This document shows, piece after piece, positions 49,301 to 57,578 of a stretch of 64,000 nt of DNA (position 1 is its first letter; each line of letters begins with the position of its first letter). A program made the translations under genes and the position numbers. Source of the DNA: Planctomycetota bacterium (GTDB taxonomy: Bacteria > Planctomycetota > Phycisphaerae > UBA1845); assembly GCA_030616775.1 (NCBI GenBank), contig JAUWWQ010000019.1:1130-65129 (forward strand), in the 5' to 3' direction. Below the pieces are notes generated by a model. The model made no database searches. It worked only from the letters and a program-made list of their open reading frames with translations, and was not told where the DNA came from.

Positions 49301-49643
49301 GGACGATACCAGCTCTTACGGCCCGGAGACGATTACCATCTACGACCAGGTGGATGGGTTGTACAGGTACTCCGTTCATGATTTCTCGAGCAGGTTAAGC
49401 TCGAGCAGCACCTCCTTGTCCAATTCAGGGTCACAGGTGAAGGTCTACCGGGCGGCGGGGCTGGTGGCCACCTTCAACGTGCCGGCCGATCAAGAAGGGA
49501 CCCTCTGGACCGTATTCGAGCTGGACGGCGATCAGATCACACCGGTCAACGATATGTCCTATGAAGACGACACCGGCGCGATCCTGAAAGCGACTGCCGA
49601 TACGGACGCCCGTCTAATCCGGGAGCTGCAACCGAAGGATTGA
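46380..49643 (+). CDS. Large secreted lipoprotein with two pre-peptidase C-terminal (PPC)-type domains, CarboxypepD_reg-like domains and a C-terminal DUF2135-like module
   Basis: A GAGGAG lies before the ATG, and the lipobox is CCTGGC. The 122-aa unit GD.YEPDD....A..IS..Q.QTHSI.PVGD.DW..FTL...SDVVIETSG.SGDTRLWLYDS.LTEI..NDDGG.G.FS.IE...LP.GTYY.KV.EYNNNDEIESY occurs twice. The C-terminus is LTWGETPSDLDSHL...DLDDTSSYGPETI. Confidence 0.75.
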   Translation: MRCILLSICVITGIVCCTGGCGPDGSPTPQPSSQTVDYFPHAAAAGEQFDSDVMPRVVDVDGDLITLAVDDSQAAGWDTAEIVATENADGSIGYKLLLGSVPVDDSRVAVVARDLGLLAAVERAEVSLERRVKLGGTNSSDTKTAPAKTITILDESYDDTVDLVDLTGTTIYTDPGGALTVQIAEGYVHFYPDLNIELKIDGPGSGVFDLITGILDDIRGIVNGVADELRQLGDIDGAVDSFEELIEMSRALDDTAELGSSLEALAEALVDPSRIELARIRIAGTLAGKFTLQATTTSEWTADESVDLSDVVAVLPIRVPVSSPLPVFLILNVVINLDMRLDGRLDVTTGFEFETSVDATFALEDGDLTVPTDGVFSSPEFAQIGPEIDAQLGFSARIGIIPQVGVSLAEILEVTIEPELYLECDAALRGTLTSEEMCVSLDWDLYAGLDGDVVARVDLLDVEEGANVYSSPHVTLATGTWEAESCLEPPDDGNAGDDYEPDDDATQATSISSGQSQTHSIVPVGDEDWLALTLSSPSDVVIETSGLSGDTRLWLYDSGLTEIAFNDDGGEGTFSYIEHTALPSGTYYIKVDEYNNNDEIESYDVSLTATPTEDENAGDAYEPDDEWTEATPISDEQVQTHSIFPVGDVDWVQFTLDTASDVVIETSGQSGDTRLWLYDSDLTEISSNDDGGDGMFSLIEQAELPGGTYYVKVTEYNNNDEIESYTISLSVTVIEDSGSGVVSGLVIDAVGRDPLSDVTVSAYHNGALVEQSTTGSPGTFSIQVPAADGYQVTVSKTDYLSETYYDIDVTVDQEVYLEPILQIASEYAGTGDFGGQVINAFDGTGVSGMSINFRRGVNATTGSIVATATSGSQGEYSVSDLEAGSYTGEINGSGFLTSYFTAVCMGGMTNAGQDGEVTPLLDQGETRIVLTWGETPSDLDSHLTGPTSEESRFHVYYGSRTYAYDGVTYADLDLDDTSSYGPETITIYDQVDGLYRYSVHDFSSRLSSSSTSLSNSGSQVKVYRAAGLVATFNVPADQEGTLWTVFELDGDQITPVNDMSYEDDTGAILKATADTDARLIRELQPKD

Positions 49644-50085
49644 CGACTCGGAATAGTTGACTGACCACTGAGAACTGAGCACTGACAACGTGGTGGGCAA
49701 AGCCCAGCCCCACGGCTGAAGGATGAAGGATGAGGGAGGAGGGCTGAAGGCTGGATGGCCGATCCTTCATCCCGACGTACGTCGGGACGGTTCGGACCGG
49801 CTGCTCAACAACGACCTCCACTGAGCCATCGGGGCGATAGATGGTAGCCGCGTAACGGAAGCCGCGAACTCTTGCGCGACGACCGAACCCAAGCTTCACG
49901 GCGAGGTTACGCACGGCGCGGACCTCGGCCGCACGCCTGGCCATAAGCCGCGCCTGACCGCCGCTCATCCACGGCGGTGGGTGGCCGAGCCCCATCGCCC
50001 GTATGACGCGAACCGGCGATCGCGTCGCGGGCTGGCTGAGCGGGCCGTGCATCACAACGGCGATTGCGAACAACGTTCCCAGCAT
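49546..50085 (-). CDS. Hypothetical protein (LPP20-like N-terminal part); C-terminus uncertain
   Basis: The N-terminal 100 aa look protein-like (ARLMARRAAEVRAVRNLAVKLG...YRPDGSVEVVVEQ). The rest runs through a repeat element (SSLILHPS) and overlaps the convergent gene end. Confidence 0.3.
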   Translation of the reverse strand: MLGTLFAIAVVMHGPLSQPATRSPVRVIRAMGLGHPPPWMSGGQARLMARRAAEVRAVRNLAVKLGFGRRARVRGFRYAATIYRPDGSVEVVVEQPVRTVPTYVGMKDRPSSLQPSSLILHPSAVGLGFAHHVVSAQFSVVSQLFRVVNPSVAAPGLDGRPYRQSLSGSRRCRLHRTYR

Positions 50086-50335
50086 TCGTCTACCTCGTTC
50101 GAGCCGGGGAGGCCCGTCGTCAGCGGTTCAACTATCTACGCAGAACGTTAGACCCGCCCACAGGGGAAAGGTTAGTGCGAGCTCGAGGTTCACGCGGCAG
50201 CGTTTCAGCCAGCTAGGCCCGACCCCCGATAATATGGCAAAAACCGTTCAACAAAACCTGTGGGACCGTCCTTCCAATCGCTCAAGCGACAGGCTGGAAA
50301 GCCTGTCTCACACAGGCTTTCTTAGACAGTGCCAG

Positions 50336-50713
50336 CTACATCGGTCTGGGTAACCGCAACATCCAGAATGCGATGAGCATGATCAGATCGAGTGTCAGAA
50401 CGCCGCCGCCGAGGAAGAAGCCGATCCAGGAGCGTTTCGGCTTGTCATTGCGGCGTTGGCCGGCACTGCTCCAGCCAAGTAGAAAGCCGAGCGCACCAGG
50501 CACCAACGACAGAAGCAGACAGCCGGCGAACACCGGCAGGAAAAGGCTCTTATCACCGTAGATGATCTGGCCCAGGTCGTGGCGGTAGTTACGGAGTGCC
50601 AGGGCAAGGGCACCAAGGAGCGGCACAATCGAGACAAGCGAAAGTACGCAGGAATAACTGGCTTGAACGTCGTAACGTCGAAGGTGCCACATTGCCACGC
50701 TGATGTCCTCCAC
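50336..50713 (-). CDS. Hypothetical integral membrane protein
   Basis: 125 aa with 3-4 predicted TM helices. It lies immediately downstream of trkH. Confidence 0.5.
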   Translation of the reverse strand: MEDISVAMWHLRRYDVQASYSCVLSLVSIVPLLGALALALRNYRHDLGQIIYGDKSLFLPVFAGCLLLSLVPGALGFLLGWSSAGQRRNDKPKRSWIGFFLGGGVLTLDLIMLIAFWMLRLPRPM

Positions 50714-50726
50714 AAGAGAAACGTCG

Positions 50727-52274
50727 TTACTGCGTCTTCCAGAATCTCGGCGTAAAGAGCACGATGATAGTGAACATCTCCAAACGACCCAGAAGCATGA
50801 GGATACTCATGACCAGCTTGCTGGGGGCCGTGAACCAGGCGTAGTTCTGCGTTGCCCCCACCTTGGCGAGTCCCGGTCCGATGTTGTTCAACGTCGCGGC
50901 TGTGGCGCTCGCCGCGCTGGTGATATCGACGCCGTTGGCGGTTTCCAACAGCATAATAAGAACCGTACCGACGACGAAGAGCAGGGCGATTCCGAGCAGA
51001 TACACCAGCGTGTTGAGCTTCAGTTCGGGTTCGATTACCGCCTTGCCGATCTTGACCGGCCGGACCACCTTGGGCCGGTACACGTGTTCAATCTCCGCCA
51101 GCAAGACCTTGGCGGCAATCATTATGCGTACAACCTTGATGCCGCCGCCGGTCGATCCGGCGGAGGCCCCGATGAACATCAAGATGAGCAACGTGGCCTT
51201 GGCGGCGAAGCCCCACAGGTCAAAATCGGTGCTGCAGAATCCTGTGGTTGTTTGAATCGAAACCACCTGAAACAGACTGTGGCGTACCGTTGTTCCCAAC
51301 GTCGCCTCTTCACCGGTGGAGGAGACGACGCTCGACGAATTGCGTAACAGAGTGATTGTCACGATTATGGTGGCGACCAGGATGATCGTCAGATAGAGGC
51401 GGAGTTCCGGGTCTTTCTTAACGGTACTCCATTGGCGCTGGAGCAACTGGTGGTAGAGCCCGAAGTTTATGCCCGCCAAAATCATAAAGATGATCACGAC
51501 GACATGCACTGCCGCCGACGGATACGCCGCGATGCTGGCGTCCTGTGTACTGAAGCCGCCGGTGGCGAGCGTGGCTAAGGTGTGGCAGACCGCGTTGAAC
51601 CAGGTCAAGCCGCATAGTCTCAGGGCCAACACCTCTGCGATCGTGAGCCCCAGGTATATCAGCCACAAGATCCGGACCGTGTCCCGAATCCTGGGCCTGA
51701 CCCCCTCCGGCGAAGGGCCGGGCGCCTCGACGCGATAGAGCCGCCGGCTGCCGACACCGAGTAACGGAAAGACAGCCACAAAAAGAACCACGATGCCCAA
51801 ACCACCCAGCCACTGCGTAAGGGCCCGCCAGAGAAGCAGGCTACGCGGTAACGCGCCTATGGTTTGCACCACGGTGGCGCCGGTGGTGGTCAGCCCGCTC
51901 ATGGCCTCGAAATAGCAGTTGACATAGGTATCGAAGTCATGGGCTGCGCTGCCGGCGTCCCCTGGAAAAGCGGACCAAAGGCGGTAAGGGAGAGCCGCCA
52001 ACGCGGCGCCGACCAGCCAACTGGCCGCCACGAGCAGCAACGCCTCTCGGTGGCTGAACAACTCTGACATGCGGCGACCGGCGACAAACAGCAGCCCGCC
52101 GAAAAAGAAACCCGCAAAGGCCGTGATCGACAGGGCACGCAGATCGGCACTATCGGGCGATCGACCGGTCAGACGGTCATATACCGCGAACAGCGCCACG
52201 CCTGCAATGAAGGCGCTGAGCACGAACATGAGGAAGCCGAGCTGGCGGATGACGACTCGAAGTTCCAGGTTCAT
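50727..52274 (-). CDS. trkH: Potassium uptake protein TrkH
   Basis: 515 aa, polytopic. It has repeated selectivity-filter-like TTTG/ATGGFS/TTGF/STGG segments typical of the TrkH/KtrB family. The 4-nt overlap with trkA supports an operon. Confidence 0.92.
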   Translation of the reverse strand: MNLELRVVIRQLGFLMFVLSAFIAGVALFAVYDRLTGRSPDSADLRALSITAFAGFFFGGLLFVAGRRMSELFSHREALLLVAASWLVGAALAALPYRLWSAFPGDAGSAAHDFDTYVNCYFEAMSGLTTTGATVVQTIGALPRSLLLWRALTQWLGGLGIVVLFVAVFPLLGVGSRRLYRVEAPGPSPEGVRPRIRDTVRILWLIYLGLTIAEVLALRLCGLTWFNAVCHTLATLATGGFSTQDASIAAYPSAAVHVVVIIFMILAGINFGLYHQLLQRQWSTVKKDPELRLYLTIILVATIIVTITLLRNSSSVVSSTGEEATLGTTVRHSLFQVVSIQTTTGFCSTDFDLWGFAAKATLLILMFIGASAGSTGGGIKVVRIMIAAKVLLAEIEHVYRPKVVRPVKIGKAVIEPELKLNTLVYLLGIALLFVVGTVLIMLLETANGVDITSAASATAATLNNIGPGLAKVGATQNYAWFTAPSKLVMSILMLLGRLEMFTIIVLFTPRFWKTQ

Positions 52275-53611
52275 TTGGTAACGAACAGCTTGCGGAGGTC
52301 GTCCGAGATGCCACGCGGACCGATCACAAGTAGGGTGTCACCGGCTGCGATCTGATCATCCGCACCGGGCACGTACACGTTGTCTCCCCTCCGAATCGCT
52401 GCGATCATCGCCTGCGCGGGCATCTTGACATTGCGCAGCTCGTGCCCCAGGACCTTGGCACGCTTCGATGGTCGCAGTTCGTAGACTTCAGCAATGCCGT
52501 TGGCAAACGTTGCCAGCGACCGGATCGGGCCGGTGTCGATCAGGTGCAGAATGGCCTTGACCGCATCGGCCCGCGGACTGAACGCATGGTCGATGCCTAC
52601 ATGCGGAAACAGATGCAGGTATTTAGCCCGCGGTACGACGGCGATTACCGTGGCGACCCCCATCGCCTTGGATTGGGCACAGGCCAGGATGTTTCGCTCG
52701 TCGTCGTCGGTGACGGCGATAAACACATCTGTTTTGCCGATGTGCTCGTCGGCAAACGTCGCTGAATCCGTCGGGTCCGCGTCGAGAATGGTGACGTGAC
52801 CGAGCTTCTCCGACAGCTCCTCGGCCCGATCCCGGTGCTGCACGAACAGGCGAACAGAAAAGATTCGGCTCTTCAAGGCCCGGCATAGCCACACCGCCGT
52901 CGCGGTTTCACCCATAATGGCGATGTGGATGTGTTTCTCCCGATCTTTGCTGAACATCTTGCGGGCGGCCTCGAACTGTTTGGTCTCGCCGATCAGAGTC
53001 ACCATGTCACCTTCGGCGATCGTGGTGTCCGCATCGGCAAGAGTTACTGTGGAGCCGCTCTCGACCGTGGCCAACCGGGTGCTTGGCGGAAGCGTGAGTT
53101 CCGACAGTGCGCTGCCCACGACTGGGGCGCCCGAGGCGACGGGAAAACGCTGCATGAGCAACTGCCCACGACCGAACTCCTCCAGGGCAATAAACCCGGG
53201 GTTGCGAATCGTCCGGGCAATCGCCAGCGCCGTAAGGTGCTCCGGGCAGAGCAGCTCATCGATGCCGAGCTGCTGGGCATATGGCGTACCCCGAAGCGAG
53301 AAGTTGGCCGTATGATGCACGCGGACGATGGTCTTTTTGGCACCGGCGGCCTTTGCCACGGAGGCGGCCAGCATATTGACCTCGTCGACCTGCGTGGTGG
53401 CGATCAACAGATCGCAGCGCTCCACGCCCGCTTCACGAAGTACGTCCCAGTGGCTGCAGTGGCCTACCAGCGTCCGCAGGTCGAGCGTATCGCCTAGGGC
53501 GCGGAGGCGCTCCGCCGACAGGTCGATGACAGTAACATTGTGTCCGTCGGCCGACAGGACTTCGGCTGCGTGGCCCCCTACGTCGCCCGCGCCTGCAACA
53601 ATCACGTTCAT
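52271..53611 (-). CDS. trkA: Potassium uptake protein TrkA (tandem RCK/NAD-binding domains)
   Basis: 446 aa. MNVIVAGAGDVGGH and IAIMGETATAVWL are Rossmann starts, each followed by a TrkA_C domain. Confidence 0.92.
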   Translation of the reverse strand: MNVIVAGAGDVGGHAAEVLSADGHNVTVIDLSAERLRALGDTLDLRTLVGHCSHWDVLREAGVERCDLLIATTQVDEVNMLAASVAKAAGAKKTIVRVHHTANFSLRGTPYAQQLGIDELLCPEHLTALAIARTIRNPGFIALEEFGRGQLLMQRFPVASGAPVVGSALSELTLPPSTRLATVESGSTVTLADADTTIAEGDMVTLIGETKQFEAARKMFSKDREKHIHIAIMGETATAVWLCRALKSRIFSVRLFVQHRDRAEELSEKLGHVTILDADPTDSATFADEHIGKTDVFIAVTDDDERNILACAQSKAMGVATVIAVVPRAKYLHLFPHVGIDHAFSPRADAVKAILHLIDTGPIRSLATFANGIAEVYELRPSKRAKVLGHELRNVKMPAQAMIAAIRRGDNVYVPGADDQIAAGDTLLVIGPRGISDDLRKLFVTK

Positions 53612-53817
53612 TGAATACGTCCCGCGCCAAGGGTGATTCGCGGATGATCATACCGCCGGATGCCCGCCAGGGCCAGAAGAGTACCGTGTTTCATAAAAAA
53701 CGCGACTATCATCGCTGGACCGAGAATCCCTTCTCGGTCCTCTGACAGGTGCCGAGAATCCCGATGTACATCGGGACTCGGCACAGTGTATAGTCGTATT
53801 ACTTGTGAGACATGGTA

Positions 53818-55014
53818 CTACCGTCCTGCCTCGCGGCGGTCGAACCGTAGCTCAAGCATATAGGTGATCCATCTCCGTTGAAACGCTTCGTCCGGTTTGC
53901 CGAAAGCGGACTCGAACTCTTCGATTTTGCGTTGCCATGCTACGTGCTCCCCAGGTTTACGTGTGCCCAGCCGCCGAAGGTATGTCACGAACTCTTTGCG
54001 GTGCCGGTGGTGCAGGTAGTAGACCAGCGCCCAGGCCTGAGCGTAGCGGAAGACGACGTCACGTTCCTGCCCAGTGAACAGCTCATCGTCCGTGATCAGA
54101 TCGACGAGTGGGACCAGGTGCCGGCTGGCAAGAGCCTCTTCGTATACCTCCTCGGAAAAGCTCTTCACATCGGGCGAAGCACCCAGCGCGTCGCGAAAAT
54201 CGGCCAGCCGCAGGTGGTTGATTCGTCCCATCGGTCGCGCTGAGCCGGCCTGTGGGACCTCAAACTGGCAGGCCATCCCCTCCGTCAGCCAGAGCGGGTT
54301 ATCGGCCCAGTGCACGTGCACGCCGACGTTAAACAGCATCTGGTGGGCGGCTTCGTGTTGGATGACCAACCGGTTGAACTTCTTGGTCAGGGCGTCGCGT
54401 TGCAGGCGCAGTTTGGAAAGGTGCCGCCGCAGATGCTCGCGGCGCTCACGAGCCGACGCGCCCGATTCTCGGCCTTTTAGCCGTTTCAGTCGCTTTTGAA
54501 CCTGCTCGATCTGACCGTTGATCTGGGCGAGCCCGGGGCTGCTTTCCACATGACAAAAAGCCGAAACATTAGTCCGCGGGTCGTAAGCACCAGCCACCGA
54601 TCCGGCTCGCAGCCCGATCCCGGCCAGATACTCGGCGAAGTCCTCGTACCGGGCGAACAGGAGGACTTCGAGGCGTGAGGCAGGAAGCCTAACTCCAAGG
54701 CCGTTGGCCTCACAGAACCGCCAGATCGCGTCATACGTCCCCTCGAGCCGACCGATCAGGGGCCGCAGCGCCTCGTAGGAGGTGTCATACGCTAACGTGT
54801 AGTGATCGGTCTCGCGAATCCGAAAGCCCTCGCCGCCGATCGTAAGCAGCCTCGCAGCCGCCTCCTGGTCCGGGAGCAACGCCGGCGGCGACGCAGCCGA
54901 GGTCGAGAACGTCGCTGTAAGCGCGGCTACGGCGAGGCCAACACACATACAGATGCGAAACCTGTGCCGGGCCTGCAGGCAACGTTGTGTGTAGCTGGTT
55001 ACGCTGTTCTGCAT
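53818..55014 (-). CDS. DUF1570 domain protein (putative MA-clan metallopeptidase-like)
   Basis: 398 aa with a signal peptide. VIQHEAAHQMLFNVGVH...LTEGMACQFE is the typical DUF1570 HExxH context. Confidence 0.75.
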   Translation of the reverse strand: MQNSVTSYTQRCLQARHRFRICMCVGLAVAALTATFSTSAASPPALLPDQEAAARLLTIGGEGFRIRETDHYTLAYDTSYEALRPLIGRLEGTYDAIWRFCEANGLGVRLPASRLEVLLFARYEDFAEYLAGIGLRAGSVAGAYDPRTNVSAFCHVESSPGLAQINGQIEQVQKRLKRLKGRESGASARERREHLRRHLSKLRLQRDALTKKFNRLVIQHEAAHQMLFNVGVHVHWADNPLWLTEGMACQFEVPQAGSARPMGRINHLRLADFRDALGASPDVKSFSEEVYEEALASRHLVPLVDLITDDELFTGQERDVVFRYAQAWALVYYLHHRHRKEFVTYLRRLGTRKPGEHVAWQRKIEEFESAFGKPDEAFQRRWITYMLELRFDRREAGR

Positions 55015-55258
55015 AGTGACACCAGTATGTCGCTCAATTCTCTTACATATCTTTGCAATTGGGTCTGCAATTTACTCTCGGACACTGTCGCAATTCCGGC
55101 TCCTGATCCGTGAACAGACCGATCGTCTCAATACCATCGTCCAGACCGACTTCTCACCGCCCGACCCGGGATCAGAGTCGGCCAATTGCCGCGACTGATT
55201 ATAGGCCCGTTAGGAGCGCCCCGCTGCGCTAGCCATAAAACGCTACAGAGGCAACGGA

Positions 55259-55945
55259 TCAGGGGCCTTCGGTCAAAATCTCATCGATCAGCTCGGGCGG
55301 TGCCCCGATGTCAGCCACTTCGACCCGGCCGACATAGGGGGAGGCTGACGCTACGGTGAAGCCGATCTTTGAGGCGACAAACGTGATCGTCAGGTCGGCG
55401 CGGATGGTTGTGTTGGAAGGGGCGCCGGTGTTGCAGTCGAGGCCGGAAGGAACGTCGATGGCTACTAACGCCTTTTTCGCGGCGGCGTTTATGGCGCCTA
55501 TCAGTTCGGCTGTTGGGCTGCGGACCTCACCGCGAAAACCCGTGCCCAAGAGAGAGTCCACTACAACCTCATCGTCGTGCATTGACTCGACGGCGGCCCG
55601 CTGCATTTCCCAATCCGGCAGCACCCGGGTCTCGAGAGTCATGGCGTCAACGATGGCGTAATTGACCTTTGTATCGTCGGTCATTCGCGGGACATCGGCT
55701 GTGATCATCAATCGTACGGACCAACCCGCGTTGTGCAGGTGACGGGCGATGACACAACCATCACCGCCGTTGTTACCCGGCCCACAGCAGATGAATGCCT
55801 TGCCAGTATGGCCGTAGGTGTTGCGAATGATCTTGGCGGCGTTACGGCCGGCGTTTTCCATCAGCATCAGCCCGCTCATCCCGTAACGCTCGACTGCGAG
55901 TTGGTCGACCCGGCGGATCTGTTCACGGGTGAGTATGCGGTTCAT
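55259..55945 (-). CDS. nnrE: NAD(P)H-hydrate epimerase (YjeF N-terminal domain)
   Basis: 228 aa. REQIRRVDQLAVERYGMSGLMLMENAGRNAA and ICCGPGNNGGDGCVIARHL. Confidence 0.85.
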   Translation of the reverse strand: MNRILTREQIRRVDQLAVERYGMSGLMLMENAGRNAAKIIRNTYGHTGKAFICCGPGNNGGDGCVIARHLHNAGWSVRLMITADVPRMTDDTKVNYAIVDAMTLETRVLPDWEMQRAAVESMHDDEVVVDSLLGTGFRGEVRSPTAELIGAINAAAKKALVAIDVPSGLDCNTGAPSNTTIRADLTITFVASKIGFTVASASPYVGRVEVADIGAPPELIDEILTEGP

Positions 55946-55955
55946 AAAAATGGTT

Positions 55956-57578
55956 TCACGGAGCCGCAGGCTTCCCCGGCGCGCCGCGACGCGGAGCCTG
56001 GTGCGGTCTAAATGCCGCGGGTTGCTGTTGATGCTCGGTGGCGTCGGTTGTCGTCGTTAGCCGGGCGTGGACGGGCCTGATCGAATCGTGCAGGACGATC
56101 GTCGCGTTGCGGGCCTGATTGGCCAGGCCGCCCGGCCAAGCGAACAGCACTATCATTGGGATGCTGCACAATGCCAGGCCCCATCGGACCGGCCTGCCGC
56201 CTGTGGGAATGGACTCATCGACCTCGCCGCGCATGTAGGCTGCGGCCACTATCCGCAGATAATAGGCCGCCCCAATGGCCGAGTTCACTACGCCGATCAC
56301 CGCCAATACGATCAGCGGCCCACAGAACGCGTGACTCTCGTCCAGCGAAAACGCGCTGCTGAAGATGTACAGCTTACCGAGAAAGCCGGCCGTCGGGGGC
56401 AAACCCATCAGGCTGAATACGCAAATCGCCAGGGCCAGCGCCGAAAGCGGAGCGCGAGCAGCGATACCGGCAAGATCATCCAGCGTCTCCATGGGCCGCC
56501 CGCCGGTCCTGAACGCCGCAAACAAGGCGAAGGCACCGAGATTCATGGCACCGTACACGGCTACATAGAAAAACAGCGCGGCGACGCCGTCACGCATGGG
56601 CCCTTGACCGGCAACCGGACCCACCAACAACCCGATCAGCATGTATCCGGTATGTGCAATGCTGGAGTAGGCAAGGATTCTCTTGACGTTCTTTTGCAAC
56701 AGGGCGAGAACGTTGCCGGCCGTCATAGTGGCGGCGGCGACTACCCATAGCATCCAGTAGACGGTGTTCGGCAACTCCCAGTTGCACGCTCCGAAGATCT
56801 TCACTAGCGCCACAAATCCGGCAAATTTAGGCACAAATCCCAGAAGACCGGTGACCGGCGACGCCGCCCCTTCGTAAACGTCCGCGGCATAGACGTGTAG
56901 CGGGACCGCTGCGACCTTGAATGCTAGTCCCACAAAAACCAGAAGCAGCCCGATCAACGCATGACTGCCCATCTGTGCCCCGAAGGCCAGTTTAGATACT
57001 GCGGCGCCTTCATCAAAAGCATACAGTGTTGTCGTGCCAGCCGCACCATAAAGGAAGCTCAGACCGTACGCGAGAATCGCCGCCGACATCGCCCCGAGGA
57101 AAAAGTACTTGACCGCCGCCTCAGAAGCGCGGCTGTCCTCGCGACTCAGGGCGATCAGCACGTACGTGGGGACGCTGACCAATTCGATTGCGAAGAACAA
57201 CACAAGCAGGTCGTTGGCCGATGCCGTCAAAAGGACGCCGAGCAGCGAGAACAGGATCATGGCCATGTACTCGCCGCGTTCCTCGGCTACCGGCTGGTGC
57301 CAGTTCACCAGCACAATCAGTAGTCCAACGCCCAGGGCGATGCAGCGCGTATAGAACGTAAGCGACGTGAGCCACAGGCCGGGAGGTCCCTGGGAGCCGT
57401 CGGGTACGCCGAGCCGCCAGGTCGCCAGCAGTGCGGCAAGCACCACAACCAGCGCAAGCGGCGATACCCACTGCATCTGCCGCGGGGTCTTTATGACCCC
57501 GACAATGAGCGCCAGACATGCCCCGATCAGGAGGATCAGCTCGGGAGCTAGTGGGACCAAGTACGCTTCAACGTTCAT
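55956..57578 (-). CDS. nuoN: NADH-quinone oxidoreductase subunit N
   Basis: A polytopic antiporter-like subunit, last in the nuo cluster. The start is set at MNVEAYLVPLAPELILL (track ORF starts at 57671). It has an unusually long polar C-terminal tail. Confidence 0.92.
   Translation of the reverse strand: MNVEAYLVPLAPELILLIGACLALIVGVIKTPRQMQWVSPLALVVVLAALLATWRLGVPDGSQGPPGLWLTSLTFYTRCIALGVGLLIVLVNWHQPVAEERGEYMAMILFSLLGVLLTASANDLLVLFFAIELVSVPTYVLIALSREDSRASEAAVKYFFLGAMSAAILAYGLSFLYGAAGTTTLYAFDEGAAVSKLAFGAQMGSHALIGLLLVFVGLAFKVAAVPLHVYAADVYEGAASPVTGLLGFVPKFAGFVALVKIFGACNWELPNTVYWMLWVVAAATMTAGNVLALLQKNVKRILAYSSIAHTGYMLIGLLVGPVAGQGPMRDGVAALFFYVAVYGAMNLGAFALFAAFRTGGRPMETLDDLAGIAARAPLSALALAICVFSLMGLPPTAGFLGKLYIFSSAFSLDESHAFCGPLIVLAVIGVVNSAIGAAYYLRIVAAAYMRGEVDESIPTGGRPVRWGLALCSIPMIVLFAWPGGLANQARNATIVLHDSIRPVHARLTTTTDATEHQQQPAAFRPHQAPRRGAPGKPAAP

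Noticed and set aside
53612-53817. A possible c-di-AMP (ydaO/kimA-type) or other riboswitch in the trkA 5' leader.
   Set aside because: I could find only generic hairpins (ggaccgaga..tctcggtcc, and gtgccgag..ctcggcac with the TCCCGA palindrome). No recognisable riboswitch consensus is present. This cannot be excluded without a covariance-model scan.
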